Position numbers and translations under genes: made by a program
Notes under the pieces: generated by a model
Seen by the model: the letters and a program-made list of their open reading frames with translations, nothing else
What the model was told of the DNA's origin: nothing
Databases searched by the model: none
DNA from: the human T2T-CHM13v2.0 reference genome, Homo sapiens
Reading direction: 5' to 3' (one strand)
Length of the DNA stretch: 64,000 nucleotides
Assembly: GCF_009914755.1 (NCBI RefSeq)
Contig: NC_060927.1
In this document: in pieces, positions 1 through 13,898 of the stretch
Layout of the letters: each line of letters begins with the position of its first letter
Position numbering within the stretch: the first letter of the stretch is position 1

Positions 1-350
1 AGGAAATGAAGCTGGAGCCTATCATGAGGGCTCTGAAGGCCTTCTTGAGAGCTTGGGATTCTTCTGTGGGAGAGAGGGGAGACTTGAAATGTTTTGAGCA
101 GACTATTTTATGTCACATGGTGATAAGAGCTCCAAGGAAAAATAAAGCAGAGAAGTGGGGAGGAGTACTGGTGTGAGAAGTGATGGCAAAAACCGCATTT
201 ATTTTTGCACCAACCTAGTAATATTAAACAGACTGGGTCAGGAAAAGCCTAAAACCCAGAAGGGAGCAAGTTGTATGAATATCTGGGGGTGTGTTATTCT
301 AAGAAGAAGAAATAGTAAATGTAAAGGAAGACCCTAATTTAGGAGTATAG
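1..350 (-). mobile_element. L2 LINE fragments (ancient, degraded)
   Basis: Purine-rich motifs resembling reverse-strand L2 (atcatgagggctctgaaggcc...gttttgagcag; gaatatctgggg...aatagtaaatgtaaagg). Boundaries approximate. Confidence 0.55.
183..218. mobile_element. MADE1 (Hsmar1-derived mariner MITE) half-element
   Basis: atggcaaaaaccgcatttatttttgcaccaaccta matches one arm of the MADE1 inverted repeat (atggcaaaaaccgcaattacttttgcaccaacctaa). Confidence 0.8.
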
Positions 351-910
351 CTTACTTATTCAAAGAAATTTTACTTCACATGATATGCATTTAATAACAA
401 CTTATTGAATAAATGATTAGATAACTCAATTTAGATGTAATTATATATATTGACTCAAACTTTAAAATTATTTTCAGTGGTCTGATTCCATAATTAATAC
501 AGTCCCCATAAATTTCACAATCTACTGGCTTTCACTTTTCACATGGCACTAGCTAAAGAGAACAGAAGATGCTGTGAGTACACATTAAAAAAATCCTTTT
601 GTGACAGCTCCACTCTTCCCAGTCTGGGTAAGGTATCCCTTCCCTGTGCTATTATTCTTTATTACGCTTATCTTAACCCTCATTATACTGGATGTACTTG
701 TGTCTAATCCCACTATTGAGATTTTAGAGGTTAATGGATAAATTCTTCCTTGTCTAAGAAAGGTAGATAGACACAGGAATTGAACACATAGAGATTTTAA
801 GATGTTAGTTTTATTATTGACTTATTAAAAGAAGAAAAAGTTTGGAATAAAGATGTATGACCAAATAATCATGATAATATACATCATTGAGTTAGATATC
901 TAATACTCAC

Positions 911-1009
911 CTTACTAGTTGTCACAGCTGGACTAACATTGGCCTTCTCTGATCCGTGGAAAATGCCCCTTTTACCGCGTAACAGAAAGCAGATATGAGC
1001 ACTTGCTTC
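911..1009 (-). other. Candidate 99-nt internal exon (unverified)
   Basis: Minus strand has acceptor tctttctgcttacag|G and donor AAG|GTGAGT. One frame is open: EASAHICFLLRGKRGIFHGSEKANVSPAVTTSK. No homolog recognised. Confidence 0.3.
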
Positions 1010-3633
1010 CTGTAAGCAGAAAGATTCCAAATCTGAGTACTTCCACAGGGGTGAAGCCATGCATGCCTAGTTCTCAATCCTAAATTCTCCATCAGATAAA
1101 ACATTTAACCTTCTCTGGGGAGGATTGGTAAAGAGGCAGAGAACACTCAAGATTGATGATTTTCCTCTACTTGGAAACAAGATTGATCCATAAAGACTCA
1201 ACACTCAAGGATGCCTGTCTGTCATGTTCTCTAATTCTCAGTGCTTAAGAAAGTGCCTGGTGTATAGAAAGTTAAAAACAATATTGGATTAAATAAGTAG
1301 TCAAAGATCATGGTAAAAATCTAATGTTATCCTTGCCTCACACCCTAAAAACTAAACCCGTCAAAAGTATCCAGAAGAGGCAGGTTAGATGGAATATATG
1401 CTTAAGGTTCTTGCTTAGTTTCCACAGCATCCTGCTAATACTGCCAATACTTATCTTTATGTCTAGTTTAAAATTAATCACCAAGATAGTATTTCTCATT
1501 CATCTAGGAAAACTACACAGTGAAAACAATATTAAGAACCACTGTCTTGTTTTGGATAAATAGGAGCCAAGGACTGGCCAGAGGGTACGGAATGGGTGAT
1601 CCGAGTGATCCAACACAGTGTAGATGAAAGGAACATGTACCACCCAACTGAGGTATCACTCCAAAGAAAACAGGCAGAGACACAAAAATCCAATTTATTT
1701 TTATTTTTATTTGTAAAGGCTACATAATAGGTATATATATTTATGGAATATCAAATATGAGATATTTTGATACAAGCATACAATGCATAATAATCACATG
1801 AGGGTAAATGGGGTATCCATCACCTCAAGCATTTATCCTTTCTTTGTGTTACAGACAATCAAATTATACTTTTTTAGTTATTTTTAATTGTATCATAAAT
1901 TGTTGACTGTAGTCACCCTGTTGTTCTATCAAATATTAGATCTTATTCATTCTATTTTTTTGTACCCATTAACCATTCCCCAACCTTCACCACCCTTCAT
2001 AACCTCTGGTAAACATCATTCTACTGTCTATCTCTGTGAGTTCAATTATTTTAATTTTTAGATCTCACAAATAAGTAAGAATATGTGAAGCTTGTCTTTC
2101 TGTGCCTGGCTTATTTCACTTAACCAAATGAACTCCACTACCACCCATGCAGTTTTGAATGAAGGATATCATTTATTATGACTAAATAGTACTCCATTGT
2201 GTACATTTTACACATTTTACATTGTGTACATGTACTACATTTCTTTATTCATTTATGTGTTGTTGGAAACTTAGGTTGCTTCTAATTCTTGGCTATTGCA
2301 AATCATGCTGCAATAAACATGGAAGTGCAGAAATCTCTTCAATACAGATTTTCTTTTTGGAGGGCATATACTTAGCAGTGACATTACTGGATTATATGGT
2401 AGTTCTATTTTTAGTTTTTGCAGGAAGCTCCAAATTATTCTCCATAGTGATTGTAATAATTTATATTCCCGCCAACGGTGTACAAAGGTTCCTTTTCTTC
2501 ACATGCCAACCAGCATTTATTATTACCTTTCTCTTGAATAAAAGCTATTTTAATTGGGGTAAGGTGATATCTCGTTATAGTTTTGATTTTCATTTCTCTG
2601 ACAATCAGTTATATTGAGCACCTTATAATGTACCTGTTTGCCATCTATGTCTTCTTTTAATAAATGTCTACCCAGATCTTTTGCCCATTTTTGAATCATA
2701 TTATTAGATTTGTTCCTACAGAGTTGTTTGAGCTCCTTACTTATTCTGGGTTTTAATACCTTGTTAAATGGATAGTGTGCAAATATTTTCTTCCATTTTT
2801 TGGGTTGTGTCTTCACCCCGTTGTTTCCTTTGCTGTGCTGAAGGTTTTTGACTTGATGTGATCCCATTTGTTCATTTTTGCTTTTCTTGTCTGTGTTCAT
2901 GATATCTTACTCAATAAATCTTCACCCAGTCCATTGTCTTGGAGAGTTTCCCCAGAGTTTTATTTTATTAATTTTATAGTTAGAGGTCTTAAGTGTAAGT
3001 CTTCAGTCCATTTTGATTTGATTTTTACATATAGTGAGAAATAGGGGTGTAGTTTCATTCTTCTGCCTGTGGACATCCAGTTTTCCCAGCATCATTTATT
3101 AAAAGGCTGTCCTTTCCCCAAAGTATGTCCTTGGCACCCCTGTCAAAAATGAAATCACTGTAGATGTACGAATTTATTTCTGGATTCTATTGTATTCCAT
3201 TGGTCTATGTGCATGTTTTCATGACAGTACCATGATGTTTTGGTTACAATAGCTCTGTACTATAATTTGAAGTCAGGTAATGTAATTCCTCCAGTTTTGT
3301 TTTTTTTGCTCAGGATAACTTTGGCTATTCTGGATCTTTTGTGGTTCCATATAAATTTTAGAATTGTTTTTTATTTCAATGTCTGTGAAGAATATCATGG
3401 TGTTTTAATAGAAATCACATTGAATCTGTAGGTTGCTTTGGTTAGTATAGATATTTTAATTATATTGATTCTTCTAATCCATGAACATGGGATATCTTTC
3501 CATTTATTTGTCTTTCCTTCAATTTCTTTCATCAGTGTTTCACAGCTTTTACTGTAGACATCTTTCACTTATTTGGTTAATTATTAGGTATTTTATTTTA
3601 TTTCTAGCCATTTCAAATGAGATTTTTCCTTGA

Positions 3634-3940
<307 letters not shown>

Positions 3941-4047
3941 TCCCTTAATTTCTTTTTCAGATTGTTTGCTGTTGGCATATGGAAATGCTACTGATTTTTG
4001 CATGTTGATTTTGTATCCTGCAATTTTACTGAATTTTTTTTAGAGTT

Positions 4048-4944
4048 CTAACTTTTTTTGGTGGAATCTTTAGGTTTTTCTAAACATAAGATTATCTCAT
4101 CTGGAAAGAAGAATAATATGACTTCTTTCCTTCCCATTTGGATGCCCTTTATTTCTTGTCTGATTACTGTAGCTAGGACTTCAGTACTATGTTGAATAAC
4201 ATTGGTAAAAGTGGGCATTCTCCTCTTATTCCAGATCTTAAAGTGAAGGCTTTCAGTATTTCCCCATTCACTGATACAAGATATGGGTCTGTCATATATG
4301 GCTTTTATTGTGTTTAGGTATGTTCCTTCTATACCCAGTTTTTTATGGTTTTTTTTTATCATGATGGGATGTTGAATTTCATTAATTAGGTCTTCAGCAT
4401 CAATTGAAATGACCATGTGATTTTTGTCCTTCATTTCATTGATATGATATATCACATTGATTGTTTTGCATATATTGAAGTATCCTTGCATCCCTAGAAA
4501 AATTCTGCTTGGTAATAATTATGGTTAATGTAATGTGTTGTTGAGTGTGGCTTGCTAGAAATTTGTGGAGGATTTTTGCATCAATGGCCTTCAGGGATAT
4601 TGGCCAGTAGCTTTTTTTTTTTTTAATATGTTTTGTCTGCTTTTGGTATTATTATAATGCTGGCCTCATAGAACGAGTTTGGAAGTATTTTCTCCTCCAC
4701 TTTTTTTCGGTGGGGGGTGGGGAGAATAGTTTCAGTAGCACTGTTATTAGTTCTTCTTAAAATGTTTGTAAAAATTAACAGTAAAGTCATGGGGTTCTGG
4801 GTTTTTCTTTGCTGGCAGATGTTTCTTTACAGCTTCAGTTTCATTACCTGTTACTAGTTTGTTTAGGTTTTGGATTTCTTCATGGTTCAATCTAGCTGGG
4901 CTGCATGTGTCTAGAAATTTATTCATTTCTTCTATATTTTCCAA
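4048..4944 (-). pseudogene. Disrupted L1 ORF2p reverse-transcriptase-region remnants
   Basis: ORF-track peptides MQGYFNICKTINVIYHINEMKDKNHMVISIDAE and ENIEEMNKFLDT...LNHEEIQNLN match L1 ORF2p; frameshifted. Confidence 0.85.
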
Positions 4945-6676
4945 TTTACTGGCATATGGTTGTTCCTAGTCATCTTTGAATTTGTGCATTATCAGTCATA
5001 TTATCTCCCCTTTTTCATCTCTGATTTTATTTATTTGGATCTTCTCTCTTATTTTCTTAGTCTGGCTAAAGGTTTGTAGATTTTGTTTATCATTTTAAAA
5101 ACCCAATTTTTCATTCTGTTGATCTTTTGGGTTGTTTTCTTCATTTAAATTTCATTTATTTCTGATAAATAAAATTTATTATTTATTATTTTTTTCTCCT
5201 ACTGATTTTGGGTACACTTCATTCTTGCTTTTCTAATTTTTTAAAATGTATCATTAGGTTGTTGATTTGAAATTTTTCTACTTTTTTGATGTAGACACTT
5301 ATTGCCATGAACCTTCCTCTTAGTAAAACTTTCCCTGTGTCCCATAGGTTTTTGCATGTTGTGTTCCATTAGCATTTGCTTCGTGAAAATTTTCAATTTC
5401 CTTCTTAATTTCTTCATTAACCCACTGGTTATTTGGAGACATATTGTTTAGTTTTCAACTGTTTGTATAGCTCCCAACATTTTTCTTGTTATTGATTTGT
5501 AGTTTTATTCCATTGTGGTCAAAGAAGATACTTGAAATAATTTGAATTTTTTTGAATTTTTTAAAACTTGTTTTGCAGCCTAACATATGATCTATGCTTG
5601 AGAATTACATGCTGAGGAGAAGAATATGCATTCTTCTGTAATTGGATAAAAGGTTCTGTAAATAAATATTAAGTTTATTTGTTCTATAGTGCAGCTTACA
5701 TCCAACATTTATTGAATTTATGCCTATGTAATTTGTCCAATGCTGAAAGTGAGGTGTTTATGTCTCCGATTATTATTGTATTGGGATCTACCTCTCTTCT
5801 TAGCTCTAATATCTGCTTTATATGCCAGGGTGCCCCAGTGTTGGTTCCATATATCTTTAAAGTTGTTGAATCTTCTTGCTGAATTCAACCCTTTATTATT
5901 GTACAATGACCTTCTTTGTCTCTTTTTATAGTTTTTGTCTTGAAATCTATTTTGTCTGATATAAGTATATATTCTTTTGCTTTTTTAAAATTTCCATTTG
6001 CATGGAATATCTTCTAACCCTTTATTTTTTCAATCTCTGTGTGTCTTTATAGGTGAAATGTGTTTCTGTTTGGGTAACAGAGCTTTAGGCCTTGTTTTCT
6101 TATTGACTTAGCCACTCTTTGTGTTTTAATTGGAGAGTTTAACCCATTTACGCTCAGTAATATTATTGATAAGTAAGGACTTACTCCTGTCATTTTGTTA
6201 TGTGTTTTCTGGTTGTTTTGTGCTCTCTCCCTTCTTCTCTTCCTTTTAGTAAAGAATATTTTCTCTGGTGGTATATTTTCATTTCTTGCCTTTTGTTTTT
6301 TGTGTATCTTTTGTAGATTTTTTTAAAATTTGTAGTTACTATGAAATTTGCAAATACTATCTTAAAACCCATTATTTTAAACTGATAACATTTATTGCAT
6401 AAACAAACTAACAAGCAAAGAGAAAGATAATAAACACTACATTTTATCTTTATTCTCCCACTTTTAAACTGTTTGTTTTATCTATTTATACCTTATTGTA
6501 CTGTTTATGTTTTGAGAAGTTTTGTAGTTATTTTTTACTGGTTCATCTTTTGGTCTTTCCACTCAAGATATGAATAGTTTATACATCACAATTACAGTGT
6601 TTTAATATTCTGTGTTATTCTGTGTACTTACTATTACCAGTGAGTTTTGCACCTTCAGTTGATTTCTTATTGCTCA

Positions 6677-7154
6677 TTAACTTTCTTTTCTAACTTCCTT
6701 TAGCATTTCTTGTAAGACAGGTCTGGTGTTATCTCTCAGCTTTTGTTTGTCTGAGAAAGTCTTCTCCTTCATGTTTATATAAGTTTTTGCTTTTATATAA
6801 GTAAAAAAGAGTGAAACACACCTAGAAGATTTAGAAAATTTATTTTCTTTTGTCTCATCTGACTGTGTATTTTCAAATAGGCTGTCTTCAAGTTCACCAA
6901 TTCTTTCTTTTGCTTGACCTATTCTGTTGTTAAAAGATCCTGATGCATTCTTCAGTATGTCAGTTGAATTTTTCAACTCCAGAATTTCTCCTTAATTCTT
7001 TATTAATTATTTCAATCTCTTGGTTAAATTTATCTGATAGCATTCTGAATTCCTTCTCTGTGTTATCTTGAATTTTGTTGAGTTTCCTCAAACCAAGTAG
7101 CTTGATTTCTCTATCTGAAATATCACATATTCTGTGCCCTATAGGGTTAGTCAC
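6677..7154 (-). pseudogene. Disrupted L1 ORF1p remnants (coiled-coil and C-terminal part; middle deleted)
   Basis: Peptides FNNRIGQAKERIGELEDSLFENTQSDETKE and KTFSDKQKLR...TRPVLQEMLKEV are L1 ORF1p-like. Confidence 0.8.
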
Positions 7155-9879
7155 TGGTGCCTTATTTACTTTGTTTAGGCCATTTCCTGGATGGTCTTGT
7201 TGCCTGTTGATGTTTGTCAGCGTCTGGGCAATTGAAGAATTATGTAGTTATTGTAGGTTTCACAGTCTAGGCTTGTTTGTACCTATGTTTTTTAGGGAAG
7301 GCCTTCCAGGTATTCAAAGGGACTTGGATGTTGTTATCTAAGTTTTTGCTCACTGCCATCTTATCTGCATTAGGGAACATCCCAAGCCCAGTAACATTGT
7401 GGATCTTGCAGACTCGTTGAGGTACTATCTTGATAGTCTTATTAGATAATATATGGAAAAATTATTTGTATTACCACACAGAGTCTCTTACTCTCTTCCC
7501 TTTCTTTTCTCCAAATAAATGGATTCTCTCCCTGTCTCTGTGCTGAGCTACCTGGAGCTTGGGATGGCATAACACACTCCTGTGGCCGCCACCAAAAGCC
7601 AGCACAGCACTGTGTCTCACCAAAACCTGTTTTAACAACTGCATTGCCACTGCCTCCATTTACTTAAGGGCTAGGGCTCTACAATTAGCAAGTGACAAAT
7701 CCAGCCAGGCTTGTATCTTTCCCTTCAGAGTGGCAAGGACTCCCCAGTCCCAGGTAGATCCTGAGATGCCGTCTTCTAGGTGGGGCATGATGGCAAAAAC
7801 TTTAGGAATCTTTCTGATGCCCTATTCTACTGCAGCTGAGCTGGCACCCAAGCTGGAAGACAAAATCCTCCTCATTATTTCCTCCTCTTTACACAAGTAG
7901 AGGAGTGTCTCCCTGTGGCCACCAATGCCCCAGAACCACAGCAAGTACTGCCTGGATATTGCTAATGTTCATTCAATGCCCCAGTCAGACTCTGGTGAAT
8001 GCTGCCAGGTCTGGGACTCTCTCTTTAGGTCAGTTGGCTCCCCACTGGTGCAGGGTAAGTCTGGAAGTGCCATCCAAGAGCCAAAGCCTGAAATCGGAGA
8101 TGCTAAGAGCCCAGTTGGTGCTCTATCCCACTGTGGCCAACCTGGTACCCAAGCTGCAAGACAGTGTCCTCTTTATCCCTTTATTCTTCTCTCTCTTTTT
8201 CTTAAGCAGAAGTGCTGGGTCAGACCTGAAGCCAATATTTCTCTCAGTCTCACCCAAGATCCACAGTGAGTACTTCCTGGGTACCACTATTGTTTATTCA
8301 GGGCCTAAGGGCTCTTTAGTCAGCAGGTGATAAACTGTCCCAGGACTGGGTTCTTCTCTTCAAACAGGCAGGTTCTCATTTCACCCAGGGTATATTGAGA
8401 AATGTTGTCCAGGAACTAAAGCCTAGAATGGGGACTGCCTAACTCTGCCTGGTGCCCTATCCTGCTGTGGCTGAGCTGGTATTTAAGTTGTACGACAAAG
8501 TCCCCTTTACTCTTTCCTCTCCTTTCCTCAAGTGGATGGGAGGTGTCTTTCCCAGAGCTGTGAGCTCAACTGCTTGGAGTTGGGGGAAGGATGGTGCAAA
8601 TGCTCTCTTGGCTACTCCAGGAGGTGTCTCAATAAGTTGCATGCCCCACAAGTCTACTGACTCTGGGCCCAGAACAGCACAAAGACCTCTCCAGGAATTA
8701 CAATTATTATGGCCTTGACTGCCTTTCATGTTTATTTAGGACCTCAGAGCCCTTTAGCCCATGGTAGCAAGGCTTACCAAAACTCAATTTCCAACTAGTG
8801 GGATAGACGATTCCCCTCTGACTAGGGCTGGTCTAAGTGCTCCTTCTGTGGGCACTGGCTGAGTCATGCTTGGTGTTGTTTTCTGCTGTGACAGGGCAGT
8901 ACTGAATTCCAAAGCAAAGTCCCACAATCACTGCATTCTCCTTCCCCCAAGTGTACAGCTTTTCCATGCCAGGCAGCCAGTGCCAGGGAATGGGGGTGGA
9001 GTGGTATCAGCAATTCAAGACCATTTTTCCTACTCTTTGCAGTGTCTCTTTTTAAATATCTGTTTAAAATCTAATTTTTGGTTCTTTTAAGGTACTGTTT
9101 CTGTGTTCAATTTGGTGATCTTAGGAGAGGAGATGATGGAGGAGGCTTCTATTCAGTCATCATGCTTTGCCTCCAAAAATCCAATTTTAATACATTGTAA
9201 AAGATAGGAATACTAGACCAGAGCACAGGAGAGTAGGCAAGAAGAATAGGAGATAATGCCTGGAGAGATTCCCATTCAAATAATACAGGAGGTTAACATT
9301 TGTGCTTTTGATACTCCAGATTTCTACAACCATAAATAGCAAAGATTTAGATCCATATTCACTTGCTCCCCCATTGGAAGAGATTAACAAAAAGAAGGTC
9401 CACAAAGAAGCACTTGTTGTTTCAATTGATATGATTACTGACACACTGGGAATCATTTTACATTTATGTAAATCCCTACTCCCATTTGGCAGAGGTCATG
9501 CTCATGCTTTTTTGAGTTTTATATTTAGTTTTTAGCATGTCTGTATCTAAGCATATTTAGAAATAATTAAATAATTACACTATCTTCTTATCCTTAAATT
9601 TATTGATTTTTTTTATTGGTTGTGTCCAATCAGATATTAATATTGTTGATTATATTTGATTTTTTTTTCTGAATCCTTCCTGGAATTTCCCCTAACTTTA
9701 CTTGATTATTTTCCTGTGGTTTCATTAACATATTGATCACAGTTAGTTTAAATCTCTTCACTGATATTTTCAACATCTTGATTATCTGTCCCTTCTTCCA
9801 TTGACATTTTTCTAATTTTTGCAGTTTTTGTATTTTTTATTGAATTCTGAGAAGTGTGTTTGAAAGAACAACAGAGGGC

Positions 9880-10417
9880 TATGATAAGCAGACTTCTGAG
9901 ATGGCCCCTAATTAACTCTAATTTTTGGCATCGCTGACCTTCTGTAATGGCCTCCCCTTGAGTGTGAGCTAGACTTAGTGGCTTGCTTCTAACCAACAGA
10001 ATATGTGAAGGTGATGAGATAGCACTTCCATGATTAGTTGACAAAAGAGTGTGACTTCCATCTTGATAGCTGACTGTCCCTATTACCTTCTTGTCTTGCA
10101 CACTTTGATGAAGCAAGCCACCATTTGAGAAAGGCCCATGTGACAAGGAACTAAGAGTGGCCTCTGGCCAACAGGCAATAAGGAACTGTGTCCCTCAGGT
10201 AAACAACATTAAAAAAAATCGAAGTTGTCAACAATCATTGAATAAGCTTGGAAAAGATCCTTCCCAGATGACCCTTTAGATAAGATAGCAAGATCTTCGG
10301 CCTTCGTTATAAACTGTGGGAAATTGTAAAGCAAATGGAGAAGCTAAGCCACAGAATCTGTGCAATTATAAGTATGTTTTTGTGGCAATTTGTTGTACAG
10401 CAATAAATAACTAATGA
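9880..10417 (+). mobile_element. MLT1E-family MaLR solo LTR
   Basis: cagacttctgagatggccc, ccccttgagtgtgagctagacttagtggcttgcttctaaccaacagaata, ggcccatgtgacaaggaact, and 3' end cagcaataaataactaat. Confidence 0.8.
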
Positions 10418-13400
10418 GAGGTCTTTACTTTGTGAGGAAGCTACAGTAAAATTGTGATTAGTTTATTTCAATAAGATTTTGAATAAGTTCAGAGAGAGGC
10501 TGAAACTTTAGTCTTTCTAGCAGGGCAGAAGAATTTAAGTACCAGGAGATTAAAGAAATATCTCTTTGCTTTTCCACCTAGCTTCCAACTTTCTACATAG
10601 TCACAAGGTGCTGATATATTTGATCTCACCAGAGGTTAAAATGCGTTGTAGCTTTCATTATTTTGCCTCTGGATTCAAACGTTTTGAAGGTGAGTTCAAG
10701 TCTCTTCCTAAGATAGGACCTTGGAACCAAACACCATTAGACTTCCAGACCTCCAAATTGTGGAGAGTTTGAAAATGGCAGACAATGATACCATGAGAAC
10801 ATGGGGCTGAAAACCTTAGGACTGCAGGGCCATGAGATTTGGAAATTGTGAGATTCAGAGATCATGAGATCTCTTTCCAATTTCTAGTGCTGCTTTCAAC
10901 TTCTACTTACTCAGCAAAATTCTCATATGAAACAATTACTTCAGGAAGAGAATTCTTTTGGTGCTGGGCAATGTTATAGACTCAAATTCAACATTCCAGC
11001 ACAACAGTTCATCAAAAGTTTGGCTGGTTTCTCCTTCTCTGGACAAAGTCCTGATCTGTAAGCTGTAGCTCCCCTTTCCCCAACACCAACAGGTGGGTTC
11101 AAATATTAAAGCATCTTCTGTTACTTGTTCAACTGGAAAAGTTTGTCCCTGTGGAGTTTAGATGTTTTAGATTTATTTGTGTACATAAGTCTTCAGTGAA
11201 ATTTTTAACTGTATGATTTTTTGGTTAATCCTTTTACTTTTTTTGCTCTTTCAGCCAGAATAAAGGCCTTTCATATTCTTCCACACAATATTCAAAAGTA
11301 AGTCACCTTGATGTTCATTTGTGAATTTATAAATTCGCTACTTAAAATAAGTTCATTGTTTTTATCTATATAAAACTACCTATTCCATTCATAATTGAAG
11401 TGAATATTCAGAACGTCTAAGTTGAAATCTCTTAAATGTAATATATTCACATGTTGCTGCAATACATGTGAGTAAAATTGTTTAGCTCAAGCTTTGTATT
11501 ATTTTAGCCTACATAAGAGCAAAATAAAATTTATTTTTTCATTATTTAACAATCCTTAGACAATCCAGCCAAGTGTTAATTTGAACACGGAGGAAGATCA
11601 ATAAATATATTTTTTCTGATTAATTGATCTCATCTCTTTGTATAGCAGAACTAAATGCTACTATAGAATCTAATTTCAGAATTTTAAATAAAGTACATTA
11701 TATTATCAAATAAAATTGATATCCTTAAGATTTCACTACAATATCATGAAACCAGTGTATAACAAATTTAAGATGCATTTTAAATGATTTTCTTAAGATC
11801 AAATATATTGATAAACAAGAAAATATTTATTTACTTATTTATTTATTGAGAAGTGAAAAGGTTGATCACTATTTGGAAAAATATACTCATATTTTCCTTC
11901 TTTAATAGTTTAATCCTCTTTGATTTGATATAGTTATGGTGAACCTTCTTCTAAAGTGTAAGTTTAATGGTGACTTTTTTTCTTAAAGATCATAGGAAAG
12001 GTCATTATGTAACTTAAATTGGAAAGCCATATTTTAATTTAAAACTGAATAATTAAATTCCAGTAGTAGTTAGTGTTCACAAGAAATAATCTCCAATAAA
12101 ATATTAAAATATATCATTGCTGTTTGTCTGTATTCAAGATAATCAAAAGTATTATTCTGAAAATTCTAAACAAGACAGAAATACCCTTCTCCAATTACCA
12201 GATAATTATTCTTATTTGTTAGGTAAATGGTGTATTTACATCTTTTTGTTATAATCTTTCAACAAGTGAAATAACTCATTAAGACTTTATATTAATCAGA
12301 ATACTCAGATATAGAAAATACAAATACTGTTGTCTTCTTGCATGCATTTTTTCCATAATGAAACTCAAATAGACAGCACCATATGTTTACTTAGTTATAT
12401 AGGTAGTATGAGAAGAGGAAATAGCTGTGTTGGGCACAAGTTAGTATTATAAATGAAGATAGTTGAGAGTTAGCCTATGTGGCAATTTTATAAAATAGTC
12501 TATAAAACTTTCTACTTAGAAAGAATGGTCCATTATTTCTGGGCATCAGATTAAGAGCAAACTTTGTGCTCTTTACTCCTTAATCTTCTCCAAAGTTTAA
12601 GGAATATTTTCATACTTAGTTTTTCTGTACTCAAAAAGCACTTTTATTCTCACATATCGGGATTCAATACCTGGATAATTTTAGCCTTTTGATTACTATT
12701 GTTGTAGGCAAAAGAGCACTTTACAGTTTTTTTTTCCTTTCTTTCTTTCTTTCTTTTTTAAAATCTGGTACTAAAACTTCAACTTAATTTATTTCAAACT
12801 GAAAGTTAAACTCAGATTGACTTTGGAAAAACCTTCTAACATCTTAAAAATGAAGAAACATTACATTGATCACAAAATAAATATTAAAATTTTATTGATA
12901 GATCAACAATTTAATTTATAAAACATTCAAGGCCTATGACTTTTCTACAAAGTTAATCAGTGAAGAGAAAATGGAAAGCCAGAATATATGTCTGGATATC
13001 ACAATACTAAGAGCAATAAAATGTTTTCAATTGCCTCAGCATACATAACATTTTTATTTAAAATGATGTCCTATAACCCAGAGTGCAGAATATTTAAACT
13101 CTGCTGCAATGAATTGATTGTCTTGATATAGAAAACTACTGCATCCACAGTGATTAAGATGGAATACGTTAATGAAGTAAGAGGGCATTTTTCAGTCAAA
13201 GTTGGTGGTGTTCTTGGATGTACTGTCTTTCCTTCTTTACCTTTTCTCTGCTATGTTTATCCTCTCCGAGCTGCTCTCATGTGTAAAGGCTCTGGAATTC
13301 CTGAAAAAATGATACACTAGCTTCATTCTCTACTAGTATAGTTTAAACAAGATGAGCTCATGTTAAACAAAAAGGGCAGCCACTAAGGGATTTAAAATGT

Positions 13401-13436
13401 ACAAGTTGGTCATCTGAGAGGGTTTTGTACTTATGA

Positions 13437-13898
13437 TAAGGGAGGAGACCACCCCTCATATTGTCTTATGCCCAATTTCTGCCTCCAAAGAAAGAAAAAG
13501 TAAAAACTAAAAGGCAGAAATGAAATCCACAAGCAGACAGCCCGGCGCCACACCCTGGGCCTGGTAGTTAAAGATCGACCCCTGACCTAATCGGTTATGT
13601 TATCTATAGATTACAGACATTGTATAGAAAAGCACTGTGAAAATCCCTATCCTGTTTTGTTCCGATCTAATTACCGGTGCATGCAGCCCCCAGTCATGTA
13701 CCCCCTGCTTGCTCAATCGATCAAGACCCTCTCACGCACACCCTCTTAGAGTTGTGAGCTCTAAAAAGGGACAGGAATTGCTCACTTAGGGAGCTCAGCT
13801 CTTGAGACAGGAGTCTTGCCGATGCCCCCGGCCGAATAAACCCCTTCCTTCTTTAACTCGGTGTCTGAGGAGTTTTGTCTGCGGCTTGTCCTGCTACA
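13437..13898 (+). mobile_element. LTR2 (HERV-E/Harlequin group) solo LTR
   Basis: Begins taagggaggagaccacccctcatattgtc and ends gtcctgctaca; AATAAA at 13835-13840; 4-bp TSD atga at 13433-13436 and 13899-13902; many CpGs retained. Confidence 0.92.

Noticed and set aside
7559-8729. Cluster of 90-140 aa ORFs in GC-richer DNA
   Set aside because: Lies within the 5' UTR of the old L1MA; no recognisable protein family.
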